A stretch of DNA of 27,642 nt. It comes from Actinomycetes bacterium. Lineage in GTDB: Bacteria > Actinomycetota > Actinomycetes > JACCUZ01. How positions within the stretch are numbered: the stretch's first letter is position 1; every line of letters starts with the position of its first letter. Positions 1-11,705 of the stretch are shown here, piece after piece. Made by a program: the position numbers and the translations under genes. Under the pieces are notes generated by a model that was not told the origin of the DNA, searched no databases, and saw only the letters and a list, made by a program, of their open reading frames with translations. The stretch is from the NCBI GenBank assembly GCA_036375795.1, contig DASVBQ010000365.1:1-27642 (forward strand), written 5' to 3'.

Positions 1-2
1 AG

Positions 3-254
3 CTGCTGAGCGAGGCGCAGCTGTCGATCTGCTCGTTCCGGTACGTCCGGCCGGGGCTCGACGACGCGGCGCTCGACGCCCTCAACCGCGCGCTGGTGCG
101 CCGGCTGCACACCGAGACGCCGTACGTCCCCAGCCCGACCCTCGTGGGCGGGCGCACCGCGATCCGCCCGTGCTTCATCAACCCGCGGACCGCCGACGAG
201 GACGTCGACGGGCTGGTCGCCGCGGTCCTGCGGATCGGCGCGGACCTTCCCTGA
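3..254 (+). CDS. PLP-dependent decarboxylase (group II, aromatic amino acid/glutamate decarboxylase-like), C-terminal fragment; 5' end outside the window
   Basis: Frame starting at 3 reads LLSEAQLSICSFRYVRPGLDDAALDALNRALVRRL...AIRPCFINPRTADEDVDGLVAAV, stop TGA 252-254. The LSIxxFRY...NxxT..DV pattern is typical of the small C-terminal domain of group II decarboxylases. Confidence 0.7.
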   Translation: MLSEAQLSICSFRYVRPGLDDAALDALNRALVRRLHTETPYVPSPTLVGGRTAIRPCFINPRTADEDVDGLVAAVLRIGADLP

Positions 255-290
255 CGGTGGGACTGGCCGGGTCTCGTGATCCGGATGCGT

Positions 291-337
291 GTTACCGCGA
301 CGTAACGCACCCGACGGAAACGTCACACGACGGAAAC
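291..337 (+). promoter_or_regulatory. GlnR-type binding region upstream of amtB
   Basis: GTCAC(322-326)-n6-GAAAC(333-337) matches the actinobacterial GlnR box gTnAc-n6-GaAAc. Also cGCAC(306-310)-n6-GAAAC(317-321) and GTTAC(291-295)-n6-GTAAC(302-306). Sits upstream of amtB-glnK-glnD, a canonical GlnR target. Confidence 0.8.
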
Positions 338-413
338 CTGCGGCGCCGCGGGCGGAAATGCCGCACCACCAACCTCCCTGGGGACAGGAACCCGTCCCGT
401 CTAGGAGGCATCC

Positions 414-4421
<4,008 letters not shown>

Positions 4422-4430
<9 letters not shown>

Positions 4431-4480
4431 CCCGGGCGCGACCTGAACCCGGGCGATCTGAACCCGGGCGACCTGACCCG
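4422..4480. repeat. Imperfect 15-16 bp tandem repeat, about 4 copies, unit CGA(C/T)CTGA(A)CCCGGG
   Basis: gcgacctga-cccggg / cgcgacctgaacccggg / cgatctgaacccggg / cgacctgacccg. The first unit contains the glnD stop codon. Confidence 0.9.
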
Positions 4481-4504
4481 CCGAACCGCGCCGATTTCGC
4501 CGTC

Positions 4505-4551
4505 ATCGGATGCGTGGTCGCACAGGTGGTGCGGCCAAAGACACATCCGAT
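4505..4551. other. Intergenic hairpin (terminator-like or REP-like) between glnD and ffh
   Basis: ATCGGATG(4505-4512) pairs with CATCCGAT(4544-4551); inner GGTCGCAC(4516-4523) pairs with GTGCGGCC(4529-4536) with one G-U; loop AGGTG. Confidence 0.75.
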
Positions 4552-4584
4552 CTTCGGGATTCCGGGCTCGCGGCGCGCCGCGGC

Positions 4585-4590
4585 TAGGCT
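4585..4590 (+). promoter_or_regulatory. Putative -10 element of the ffh promoter
   Basis: TAGGCT (TAnnnT, housekeeping sigma -10) about 50 nt upstream of the ffh GTG; AAGGA RBS at 4632-4636. Confidence 0.5.
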
Positions 4591-4641
4591 GGCCGGGTTC
4601 GTCATCCGTCGTAAAGATCTGCCGTCGACGCAAGGACTCCT

Positions 4642-6189
4642 GTGTTCGCCACCCTCCACGACCGCCTCGCCGCCACGTTCAAGAACCTGCGCGGCAAGGG
4701 CAAGCTCACCGACGCCGACATCGACGCGACCACCCGCGAGATCCGGGTGGCGCTGCTCGAGGCAGACGTCGCGCTGCCCGTCGTCAAGGACTTCGTCTCG
4801 GCGGTGCGGGAGCGCGCCCGCGGCGCCGAGGTGCACCAGGCGCTCAACCCTGCGCAGCAGATCATCAAGATCGTCAACGAGGAGCTCATCGAGATCCTCG
4901 GCGGCGAGACGCGCCGGCTCAGGTTCGCCAAGACCCCGCCGACTGTGATCATGCTGGCCGGTCTGCAGGGCTCCGGGAAGACGACGCTGGCGGGCAAGCT
5001 CGCGCACTGGCTGAAGGAGCAGGGCCACCAGCCGGTCCTGGTGGCGGCCGACCTCCAGCGGCCGAACGCGGTGACCCAGCTGCAGGTCGTCGGGGAGCGG
5101 GCCGGCGTGCCGGTGTTCGCGCCCGAGCCTGGCAACGGCGTGGGTGACCCGGTCGTGGTGTCCCGGGACGCCGTCGCGCACGCCCGGGCGAAGCTCTACG
5201 ACGTCGTCGTCGTCGACACCGCCGGGCGCCTCGGCATCGACGCCGAGCTGATGCAGCAGGCCGCCGACATCCGCGACGCGGTGCAGCCAGACGAGACGCT
5301 GTTCGTGATGGACGCGATGATCGGGCAGGACGCGATCACCACGGCACAGGCGTTCCTCGACGGCGTCGGCTTCGACGGCGTCGTCCTCACCAAGCTCGAC
5401 GGCGACGCCCGCGGCGGCGCCGCCCTGTCGGTCGCCAAGGTGACCGGGCGTCAGGTGATGTTCGCCAGTGCCGGCGAGAAGCTCACCGACTTCGACGCGT
5501 TCCACCCGGACCGGATGGCCTCGCGCATCCTCGGCATGGGTGACGTCCTGACCCTCATCGAGCAGGCCGAGAAGGCGTTCGACAAGGAGCAGGCCGAGCA
5601 GATGGCCGGCAAGTTCGGCCGCGGCGAGGACTTCACCTTCGAGGACTTCCTGGCGCAGATGGAGAGCGTCCGGAAGATGGGCTCGATGTCCAAGCTGCTC
5701 GGGATGCTGCCGGGCATGGGCGCGATGCGCGAGCAGATCGAGAACATCGACGAGCGCGAGGTCGACCGCACGACCGCGATCATCAAGTCGATGACGCCGG
5801 AGGAGCGGCGCAACCACAAGATCCTCAACGCCTCCCGGCGCCAGCGCATCGCGCGGGGCTCGGGCCGGTCGGTGTCCGACGTCAACGGGCTGGTGGACCG
5901 TTTCACCGAGGCGCAGAAGATGATGCGCCAGCTCGCGTCAGGCGGCGGGATGCCGGGCATGCCCGGGATGCCGGGGCTGCCGGGGATGGGGCGCGGCAAG
6001 AAGGCCAAGGGCAAGTCCGGGCCGGCGCGCAAGGCGAAGGGTGGTCGCTCCGGCAACCCGGCCAAGCGGGCGCTGGAGCAGAAGCAGTGGGAGGCCCGCC
6101 AGTCCGGCGAGGCGGGGCTCGACCTGCCGGACGACTTCGAGCTGCCGGACGAGCTCAAGGGCCTGCTGCCCCCCGGCGGGCCGCGCTGA
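4642..6189 (+). CDS. ffh: Signal recognition particle protein Ffh
   Basis: 515 aa; MFATLHDRL start, GLQGSGKTT P-loop, DTAGR, TKLDGDARGGAALS, Met-rich M domain with RRQRIARGSG, C-terminal GMP repeats. Confidence 0.98.
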   Translation: MFATLHDRLAATFKNLRGKGKLTDADIDATTREIRVALLEADVALPVVKDFVSAVRERARGAEVHQALNPAQQIIKIVNEELIEILGGETRRLRFAKTPPTVIMLAGLQGSGKTTLAGKLAHWLKEQGHQPVLVAADLQRPNAVTQLQVVGERAGVPVFAPEPGNGVGDPVVVSRDAVAHARAKLYDVVVVDTAGRLGIDAELMQQAADIRDAVQPDETLFVMDAMIGQDAITTAQAFLDGVGFDGVVLTKLDGDARGGAALSVAKVTGRQVMFASAGEKLTDFDAFHPDRMASRILGMGDVLTLIEQAEKAFDKEQAEQMAGKFGRGEDFTFEDFLAQMESVRKMGSMSKLLGMLPGMGAMREQIENIDEREVDRTTAIIKSMTPEERRNHKILNASRRQRIARGSGRSVSDVNGLVDRFTEAQKMMRQLASGGGMPGMPGMPGLPGMGRGKKAKGKSGPARKAKGGRSGNPAKRALEQKQWEARQSGEAGLDLPDDFELPDELKGLLPPGGPR

Positions 6190-6191
6190 CC

Positions 6192-7298
6192 GTGCCGGTG
6201 CCGCCGCTGCACCTGCGTGCCGTCGTCCTGCCGGACGGCGAGGAGCGCGACCTCTGGGTCGACGAGACGGGCCACGTCTCGGCTGAGCCGGTACCCGGTG
6301 CAGAGAGTGTCACCACCCGCGGCTACGTCGTCCCGGGGCTGGTCGACGCGCACTGCCATGTCGGGCTCGACGCGCACGGCGGGGTCGACGAAGGCGAGCA
6401 GGAGCGGCAGATCCTCGCCGATCGCGACGCAGGCGCGCTGCTGCTGCGCGACGCGGGCGTCCCGGTCGACACGCACTGGATCGACGACCGCGACGACCTG
6501 CCTCGGGTGATCAGGGCCGGCCGGCACATCGCCCGGCCGAAGCGCTACATCCGCAACTACGGAGCCGAGGTCGAGCCGGACGAGCTCGTCGCCGAGGTCG
6601 AACGGCAGGCGGCCCGCGGGGACGGCTGGGTCAAGCTCGTCGGCGACTGGATCGACCGGGACCTCGGCGACCTGGCCGCCTGCTGGCCGGCCGACGTCGC
6701 GGCCGCCGCGATCGCCCGCGCGCACGAGCTGGGCGCCCGGGTGACCGCCCACTGCTTCGGCGAGGAGTCGGTGGCCGAGCTTGTCACCGCCGGGATCGAC
6801 TGCATCGAGCACGGCACGGGCGCCTCGGACCAGGTCATCGACGAGATGGCGCGCCGCGGCACGGCGCTGGTCCCGACGCGAGTCCAGCTGGACAACTTCC
6901 CGGCGTACGCCGAGCAGGCGGAGGGCAAGTTCCCGACGTACGCCGCGCACATGCGCGACCTGCACGCCCGCTGCGACGAGCGGCTGCGCTCCGCGCACGA
7001 GGCGGGTGTCCGGATCTACGCCGGGACCGATGCCGGGGGAGTGCTGCCGCACGGGCTGGTCGCCCGGGAGGTGCTGGCGCTGCACGAGCAGGTCGGGCTC
7101 CCGGCCACCGACGCGCTGGCCGCGGCGTCCTGGGCGGCGCGGGAGTGGCTGGGCCGTCCCGGCCTGGAGCCCGGTGCCTCGGCGGACCTCGTGCTCTACG
7201 ACACCGACCCCCGCGAGGACCCGGGCGCGCTGGCCCATCCCCGCCTCGTGGTGCTGCGCGGCCGAGGATTTCGGCAGGTGGCAGCGGGTCTGGCATGA
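6192..7298 (+). CDS. Amidohydrolase family protein
   Basis: PGLVDAHCH metal-binding motif, [29 protein letters not shown]. Start re-set to GTG 6192 (6198 possible) just after the ffh stop; an amidohydrolase next to ffh is a familiar actinobacterial arrangement. Confidence 0.88.
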   Translation: MPVPPLHLRAVVLPDGEERDLWVDETGHVSAEPVPGAESVTTRGYVVPGLVDAHCHVGLDAHGGVDEGEQERQILADRDAGALLLRDAGVPVDTHWIDDRDDLPRVIRAGRHIARPKRYIRNYGAEVEPDELVAEVERQAARGDGWVKLVGDWIDRDLGDLAACWPADVAAAAIARAHELGARVTAHCFGEESVAELVTAGIDCIEHGTGASDQVIDEMARRGTALVPTRVQLDNFPAYAEQAEGKFPTYAAHMRDLHARCDERLRSAHEAGVRIYAGTDAGGVLPHGLVAREVLALHEQVGLPATDALAAASWAAREWLGRPGLEPGASADLVLYDTDPREDPGALAHPRLVVLRGRGFRQVAAGLA

Positions 7299-7425
7299 TG
7301 ACCGGCTGTACCCGGCGTGCGCGGCCCCTCTCACCGTGCCCGCCGTGTCCACTCCGGCGCGACCGGGCACCGCACCCCACGCGGTGCAGGCTCGCCACTC
7401 TTCAGAACTCAGGAGTCCCACACCC
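7291..7425 (+). promoter_or_regulatory. rpsP promoter (TGG-CATGAT) and structured 5' leader
   Basis: CATGAT at 7294-7299 preceded by TGG; hairpins at 7314-7344 and 7367-7387; AGGAG RBS at 7411-7415. Confidence 0.6.
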
Positions 7426-7989
7426 GTGGCTGTCAAGATCAAGCTGATGCGCATGGGCAAGATCCGTGCGCCGTACTACCGCATCGTCGTCGCCGACGCC
7501 CGTACCAAGCGTGACGGTCGCGCGATCGAGGAGATCGGGAAGTACCACCCCACCCAGGAGCCCTCGCTGATCGAGGTGGACTCCGAGCGCGCGCAGTACT
7601 GGCTGTCCGTGGGCGCGCAGCCGACCGAGCCCGTGACCGCGATCCTCAAGGTCACCGGCGACTGGCAGAAGTTCAAGGGCGAAGCCGGCGCCGAGGGCAC
7701 CCTGAAGGTGGCCAAGCCGAAGGCCGACAAGAAGAGCGTCTTCGAGGCCGCCGCGAAGGACTCCGCGGGCCAGGCCAAGGAGGGCGCCACCACGCCGAAG
7801 AAGCGGGCCGCCAAGAAGGCTGCCGCCACCGACGAGGCCCCCGCTGCCGAGGCTCCTGCTGCCGAGGCTCCTGCTGCCGAGGCTCCCGCTGCCGAGGCGA
7901 CCGTCACCGAGGAGCCCAAGACCGAGGACGCGCCGGCCGCCGGAGAGGCGACCGAGGCGACCGAGGCCACCGCCAAGGACGAGAGCTGA
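7426..7989 (+). CDS. rpsP: 30S ribosomal protein S16 with long Ala/Glu-rich tail
   Basis: [42 protein letters not shown]...[18 protein letters not shown] start at 7426 within the longer ORF 6781..7989. Confidence 0.98.
   Translation: MAVKIKLMRMGKIRAPYYRIVVADARTKRDGRAIEEIGKYHPTQEPSLIEVDSERAQYWLSVGAQPTEPVTAILKVTGDWQKFKGEAGAEGTLKVAKPKADKKSVFEAAAKDSAGQAKEGATTPKKRAAKKAAATDEAPAAEAPAAEAPAAEAPAAEATVTEEPKTEDAPAAGEATEATEATAKDES
7834..7899 (+). repeat. In-frame 15 bp tandem repeat (EAPAA x4) in the S16 tail
   Basis: gaggcccccgctgcc gaggctcctgctgcc gaggctcctgctgcc gaggctcccgctgcc gaggcg. Confidence 0.9.
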
Positions 7990-7991
7990 CC

Positions 7992-8231
7992 GTGCTCGAC
8001 GAGGCGCTCGAGCACCTGGTGCGCGGGATCGTCGAGCACCCCGACGACGTGTCCGTGCGCGACCGCAACACCCGCCGGGGCCGCACCCTGGAGGTGCGGG
8101 TGCACCCCGACGACCTCGGCAAGGTGATCGGCCGCGGCGGTCGCACCGCCAAGGCGCTGCGCACCGTCGTCGGCGCGCTCGAGCCCGGACGTGGCGTGCG
8201 CATCGACTTCCTCGACGTCGACGAGCGCTGA
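7992..8231 (+). CDS. khpA: KH-domain RNA-binding protein (KhpA/UPF0109)
   Basis: 79 aa; LEHLVRGIVEHPDDV...DLGKVIGRGGRTAKALR with GxxG loop; located between rpsP and rimM. Confidence 0.93.
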   Translation: MLDEALEHLVRGIVEHPDDVSVRDRNTRRGRTLEVRVHPDDLGKVIGRGGRTAKALRTVVGALEPGRGVRIDFLDVDER

Positions 8232-8265
8232 GCCGACCTCCGGTCCGCGGCGAGGTGGAGACCTG

Positions 8266-8787
8266 GTGGACGTGATCGTCGGCCGGGTCGGCCGGCCGCA
8301 CGGGATCCGGGGTGAGGTGTCGGTCGAGGTGCGCACCGACGACCCCGAGGGCCGCCTCGCCCCAGGTACGACGCTGCGCACCGACCCGTCGGCGGCCGGC
8401 CCGCTGACGATCGCCTCCGGGCGGGTGCACAGCGGCCGGTTGCTGCTGACGTTCGAGGGCCATGGCGACCGCACGGCCGCCGAGCAGCTGCGCGGCGTGC
8501 TGCTGGTGGCCGACGTCGACCCCGGCGAGCGGCCGGAGGACCCGGAGGAGTTCTACGACCGCCAGCTCGTCGGCCTCGCGGTCCGCACCGTGGCCGGTGA
8601 CGAGGTGGGCACGCTGGCCGAGGTGCTGCACCTGCCCGGCCAGGACGTGCTCGCGGTGCGCCGCGCCGACGGCAGCGAGGTGCTCGTGCCCTTCGTCGCC
8701 CCCTTCGTCCCCACCGTCGACCTCGACGGCGGCGAGATCCTGCTCGACCCGCCGCCCGGCCTGCTCTCGCCGGTGGACGAAGGCTGA
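8266..8787 (+). CDS. rimM: Ribosome maturation factor RimM
   Basis: [36 protein letters not shown] 8266 preceded by GAGGTGGAG. Confidence 0.95.
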   Translation: MDVIVGRVGRPHGIRGEVSVEVRTDDPEGRLAPGTTLRTDPSAAGPLTIASGRVHSGRLLLTFEGHGDRTAAEQLRGVLLVADVDPGERPEDPEEFYDRQLVGLAVRTVAGDEVGTLAEVLHLPGQDVLAVRRADGSEVLVPFVAPFVPTVDLDGGEILLDPPPGLLSPVDEG

Positions 8788-8789
8788 CC

Positions 8790-9596
8790 GTGCGCGTCGA
8801 CGTCGTCACCATCTTCCCCGAGTACCTCGCGCCGCTTCGCCTCTCGCTCATCGGGCGGGCGATCGAGGACGGCCTGCTCGACCTGCGCGTCCACGACCTG
8901 CGCACATGGACCACCGACCGGCACCGGACCGTCGACGACACCCCGTACGGCGGGGGGCCGGGCATGCTGATGCGTCCCGAGCCGTGGGGGGCCGCCCTGG
9001 ACGCCCTCCTGGACCCGACCGGAGCGCCGCCGCGTGTCATCGTGCCGACGCCGGGCGGGACGCCGTTCAGCCAGGCGATGGCGCACGAGCTCGCCGCCGA
9101 GCCGTGGCTGCTCTTCGCCTGCGGGCGCTACGAGGGCATCGACCAGCGGGTGCTCGACGAGGCGTCGGCCCGAGCTCGGGTCGACGAGGTGTCCCTGGGC
9201 GACTACGTGCTCAACGGCGGGGAGGTCGCGGTCCTGGCCGTCGTCGAGGCCGTGGCTCGCCTGCTGCCCGGTGTCATCGGCAACGCCGAGTCGCTGGAGG
9301 TGGAGTCGCACACCGACGGGCTGCTCGAGGCTCCGGGGTGGACGAAGCCCGCGGTCTGGCGCGACCGCGCGGTGCCCGACGTGCTGCTCTCGGGCGACCA
9401 CGCCCGCATCGCGCGCTGGCGGCGCGAGGAGTCGCTGCGCCGCACCGCCGTACGCCGCCCTGACCTGCTCTCCCGGCTCGACCCGGCCGCCCTGGACGCG
9501 CACGACCTCGAGGTACTCGACGCGCTGGGCTGGGGTCCCGGCGCCGACCGCGGGCTCCGCAGATTGGCCGACCGCGAGCCCCCTGTGGCAGACTGA
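8790..9596 (+). CDS. trmD: tRNA (guanine-N1)-methyltransferase TrmD
   Basis: [54 protein letters not shown]. Confidence 0.98.
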   Translation: MRVDVVTIFPEYLAPLRLSLIGRAIEDGLLDLRVHDLRTWTTDRHRTVDDTPYGGGPGMLMRPEPWGAALDALLDPTGAPPRVIVPTPGGTPFSQAMAHELAAEPWLLFACGRYEGIDQRVLDEASARARVDEVSLGDYVLNGGEVAVLAVVEAVARLLPGVIGNAESLEVESHTDGLLEAPGWTKPAVWRDRAVPDVLLSGDHARIARWRREESLRRTAVRRPDLLSRLDPAALDAHDLEVLDALGWGPGADRGLRRLADREPPVAD

Positions 9597-9726
9597 CCAG
9601 CCGCGTAACCGGCAGGCCGCCTGCGCCCCCGCCACAGGGGAGGCGCGACCCATCGGCCACCGCGCACCGACCGACACAACTACACCCGCGTGGGTGACCT
9701 GTGGCACCGCGAGAGAAGAGACCACG
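9584..9726 (+). promoter_or_regulatory. Internal rplS promoter (TGTGG-CAGACT) and structured leader
   Basis: CAGACT at 9589-9594 with upstream TG, overlapping the trmD stop. Hairpins at 9623-9646 and 9688-9710 carry complementary loop sequences. Confidence 0.6.
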
Positions 9727-10086
9727 ATGCAGACGCTGGACGCCCTCGACGCCGCCTCGAAGCGCTCGGACATCCCCGACTTCCGGCCCGGCGACACCCT
9801 CAAGGTCCACGTCAAGGTCATCGAGGGCACCCGCTCTCGTATCCAGGTTTTCCAGGGCGTCGTGATCCGTCGGCAGGGCTCCGGCGTGCGCGAGACCTTC
9901 ACCGTCCGCAAGGTCAGCTTCGGCGTCGGTGTCGAGCGAACCTTCCCGGTGCACACGCCGGTCATCGACAAGATCGAGGTCGTGACCCGCGGTGACGTGC
10001 GCCGGGCGAAGCTCTACTACCTGCGCGAGCTGCGCGGGAAGGCCGCCAAGATCAAGGAGCGCCGGGACACCCCTGCCGGTCGCTGA
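9727..10086 (+). CDS. rplS: 50S ribosomal protein L19
   Basis: 119 aa; [19 protein letters not shown]...FQGVVI...[17 protein letters not shown]...[13 protein letters not shown] at 9727. Confidence 0.98.
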   Translation: MQTLDALDAASKRSDIPDFRPGDTLKVHVKVIEGTRSRIQVFQGVVIRRQGSGVRETFTVRKVSFGVGVERTFPVHTPVIDKIEVVTRGDVRRAKLYYLRELRGKAAKIKERRDTPAGR

Positions 10087-10107
10087 CCGAGCCCGTCCCG
10101 GCACCTG

Positions 10108-10773
10108 GTGAAGCACCGGCGGGCCCGCCGCCCTCGGCGTACGTGGCGCAAGCGAGCCGGCGAGCTCGCGCTCGTCGCGGTCGTCGTGCTGGTCGCGGCG
10201 ATGGCGGTCCGTACCTTCCTGGTCGCACCGTTCTCCATCCCCTCCGGGTCGATGGAGCAGACGTTGCAGGTCGGCGACCGCATCCTCGTCGACCGGTTGA
10301 GCTACCGGCTGCACGACGTCCGGCGGGGCGACGTGGTCGTGTTCGACGGCACCGACAGCTTCGGCCCGGTTCCCCGTGGCGGTGTCTCGCGTGACCCGCT
10401 CGGCGCGATCGCCCATGCGGCCGGTTCCGCGGTCGGCCTGGCCCGGCCCGCCGAGACCGACTACGTCAAGCGGGTCATCGCGGTCGGGGGCGACCGGGTG
10501 ACCTGCTGCGACCGCGAGGGCCGCATCACCGTCAACGGCAGCCCGGTGGACGAGCGCCGCTACCTCCACCCGGGGGACGACCCCTCCGAGCTGCGGTTCG
10601 ACGTCGTGGTGCCGGAGGGGCGCCTCTGGGTGATGGGCGACCACCGGTCGGACTCCCTCGACTCCCGGGCGCACCTCGGCGACCCGGGCGGCGGCACAGT
10701 CCCGGTCGACGACGTCATCGGGCGGGTGATGGCCGTCGTCTGGCCCATTCCCCGGCTCGGCGGCCTGCCGTGA
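10108..10773 (+). CDS. lepB: Signal peptidase I (first paralog)
   Basis: N-terminal TM segment; catalytic Ser box SIPSGSMEQTL, Lys box YVKRVIAVGGD, MGDHRSDSLDSR. Confidence 0.93.
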   Translation: MKHRRARRPRRTWRKRAGELALVAVVVLVAAMAVRTFLVAPFSIPSGSMEQTLQVGDRILVDRLSYRLHDVRRGDVVVFDGTDSFGPVPRGGVSRDPLGAIAHAAGSAVGLARPAETDYVKRVIAVGGDRVTCCDREGRITVNGSPVDERRYLHPGDDPSELRFDVVVPEGRLWVMGDHRSDSLDSRAHLGDPGGGTVPVDDVIGRVMAVVWPIPRLGGLP

Positions 10774-10858
10774 GACGTGGCGCCGCCACGCCGTACGCTC
10801 AGGAACCGCGCGCCACGTGTCCTAGCCTGGTGCCACTCGGGGACGGAGGAAGGGCACG

Positions 10859-11653
10859 ATGACGACGGACGACGCGCCGCCGCCGCAGCAGGCGGCGCCG
10901 GAGCCGCCGCCCGCCCCCCCGACCCCCGCCCCCCCGACGCCCGCTCCGCGCCGCGCGCACCGGCAGCCGCCGAAGAAGAAGTCCTTCATGCGCGAGCTCC
11001 CCGGCATCGTCATCACCGCTCTGGTGATCTCGGTGCTCATCAAGACGTTCCTGGTCCAGGCGTTCTACATCCCGTCCGGATCCATGGAGAACACCCTCCT
11101 GGTCAACGACCGGGTGCTGGTGAACAAGCTCGCCGACAAGCCTGACGAGATCCACCGTGGGGACGTCGTGGTGTTCCACGACCCCGGCGGCTGGCTCAAC
11201 GGGCCGGGCGAGGCGGTCGACCGCAACGGGGTGCTGGGCGCGGTGCGCGACGCGCTGGTCTTCATCGGCCTGGCGCCGGCCGTCGGCGAGGAGGACCTCA
11301 TCAAGCGGGTCATCGGCGTCGGCGGCGACAAGGTCGCCTGCTGCGACGACCAGGGCCGCGTCACCGTCAACGGCGTCCCGCTCGACGAGCCGTACGTCTA
11401 CCCCGGGGACGAGCCCTCGCTGGAGGAGTTCGGCCCGTTCACGGTCCCCGACGGCAGCCTGTGGGTGATGGGCGACCACCGCTCGGTGTCCGAGGACAGC
11501 CGGGCCCACCGGCAGCAGCCGGGCATGGGGTTCGTCCCGGTCGACGACGTGATCGGGAGGGCCTTCACGATCGTCTGGCCGCTGGACCGGACCCAGTTCC
11601 TGAACCGTCCCGAGACCTTCGACCGGCCGCTGCTGGCCGAGTCCACCGGCTGA
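10859..11653 (+). CDS. lepB: Signal peptidase I (second paralog)
   Basis: Pro-rich N-terminus, TM segment, YIPSGSMENTL, LIKRVIGVGGD, MGDHRSVSEDSR. GGAGG RBS upstream; possible -10 TAGCCT at 10823-10828. Confidence 0.95.
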   Translation: MTTDDAPPPQQAAPEPPPAPPTPAPPTPAPRRAHRQPPKKKSFMRELPGIVITALVISVLIKTFLVQAFYIPSGSMENTLLVNDRVLVNKLADKPDEIHRGDVVVFHDPGGWLNGPGEAVDRNGVLGAVRDALVFIGLAPAVGEEDLIKRVIGVGGDKVACCDDQGRVTVNGVPLDEPYVYPGDEPSLEEFGPFTVPDGSLWVMGDHRSVSEDSRAHRQQPGMGFVPVDDVIGRAFTIVWPLDRTQFLNRPETFDRPLLAESTG

Positions 11654-11705
11654 CGGCGCCCTCCGTCGTAGGCTCGCAGACGATGGCTGAGCAGGTGTAC
11701 GCCTG

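Noticed and set aside
4490-4497. GCCGATTT as a WhiG/sigma-28 -10 element
   Set aside because: No TAAA-like -35 at the expected spacing; GCCGA is very frequent in GC-rich DNA.
4505-4551. Hairpin upstream of ffh as SRP (4.5S) RNA
   Set aside because: Too short and lacks the GGAA/GNRA tetraloop with the CAGG/AGCAG internal loop of SRP domain IV.
5947-5991. GMP tripeptide repeats at the Ffh C-terminus
   Set aside because: Common feature of actinobacterial Ffh tails; not unusual.
6781-7425. Long N-terminal extensions in the ORF track for rpsP, and likewise for the amidohydrolase, rimM, rplS, yraN, dprA, rpsB, tsf, M23, the transpeptidase and the DivIVA-repeat protein
   Set aside because: The extensions overlap neighbouring genes or leaders; downstream starts match family N-termini, RBS or promoter spacing.
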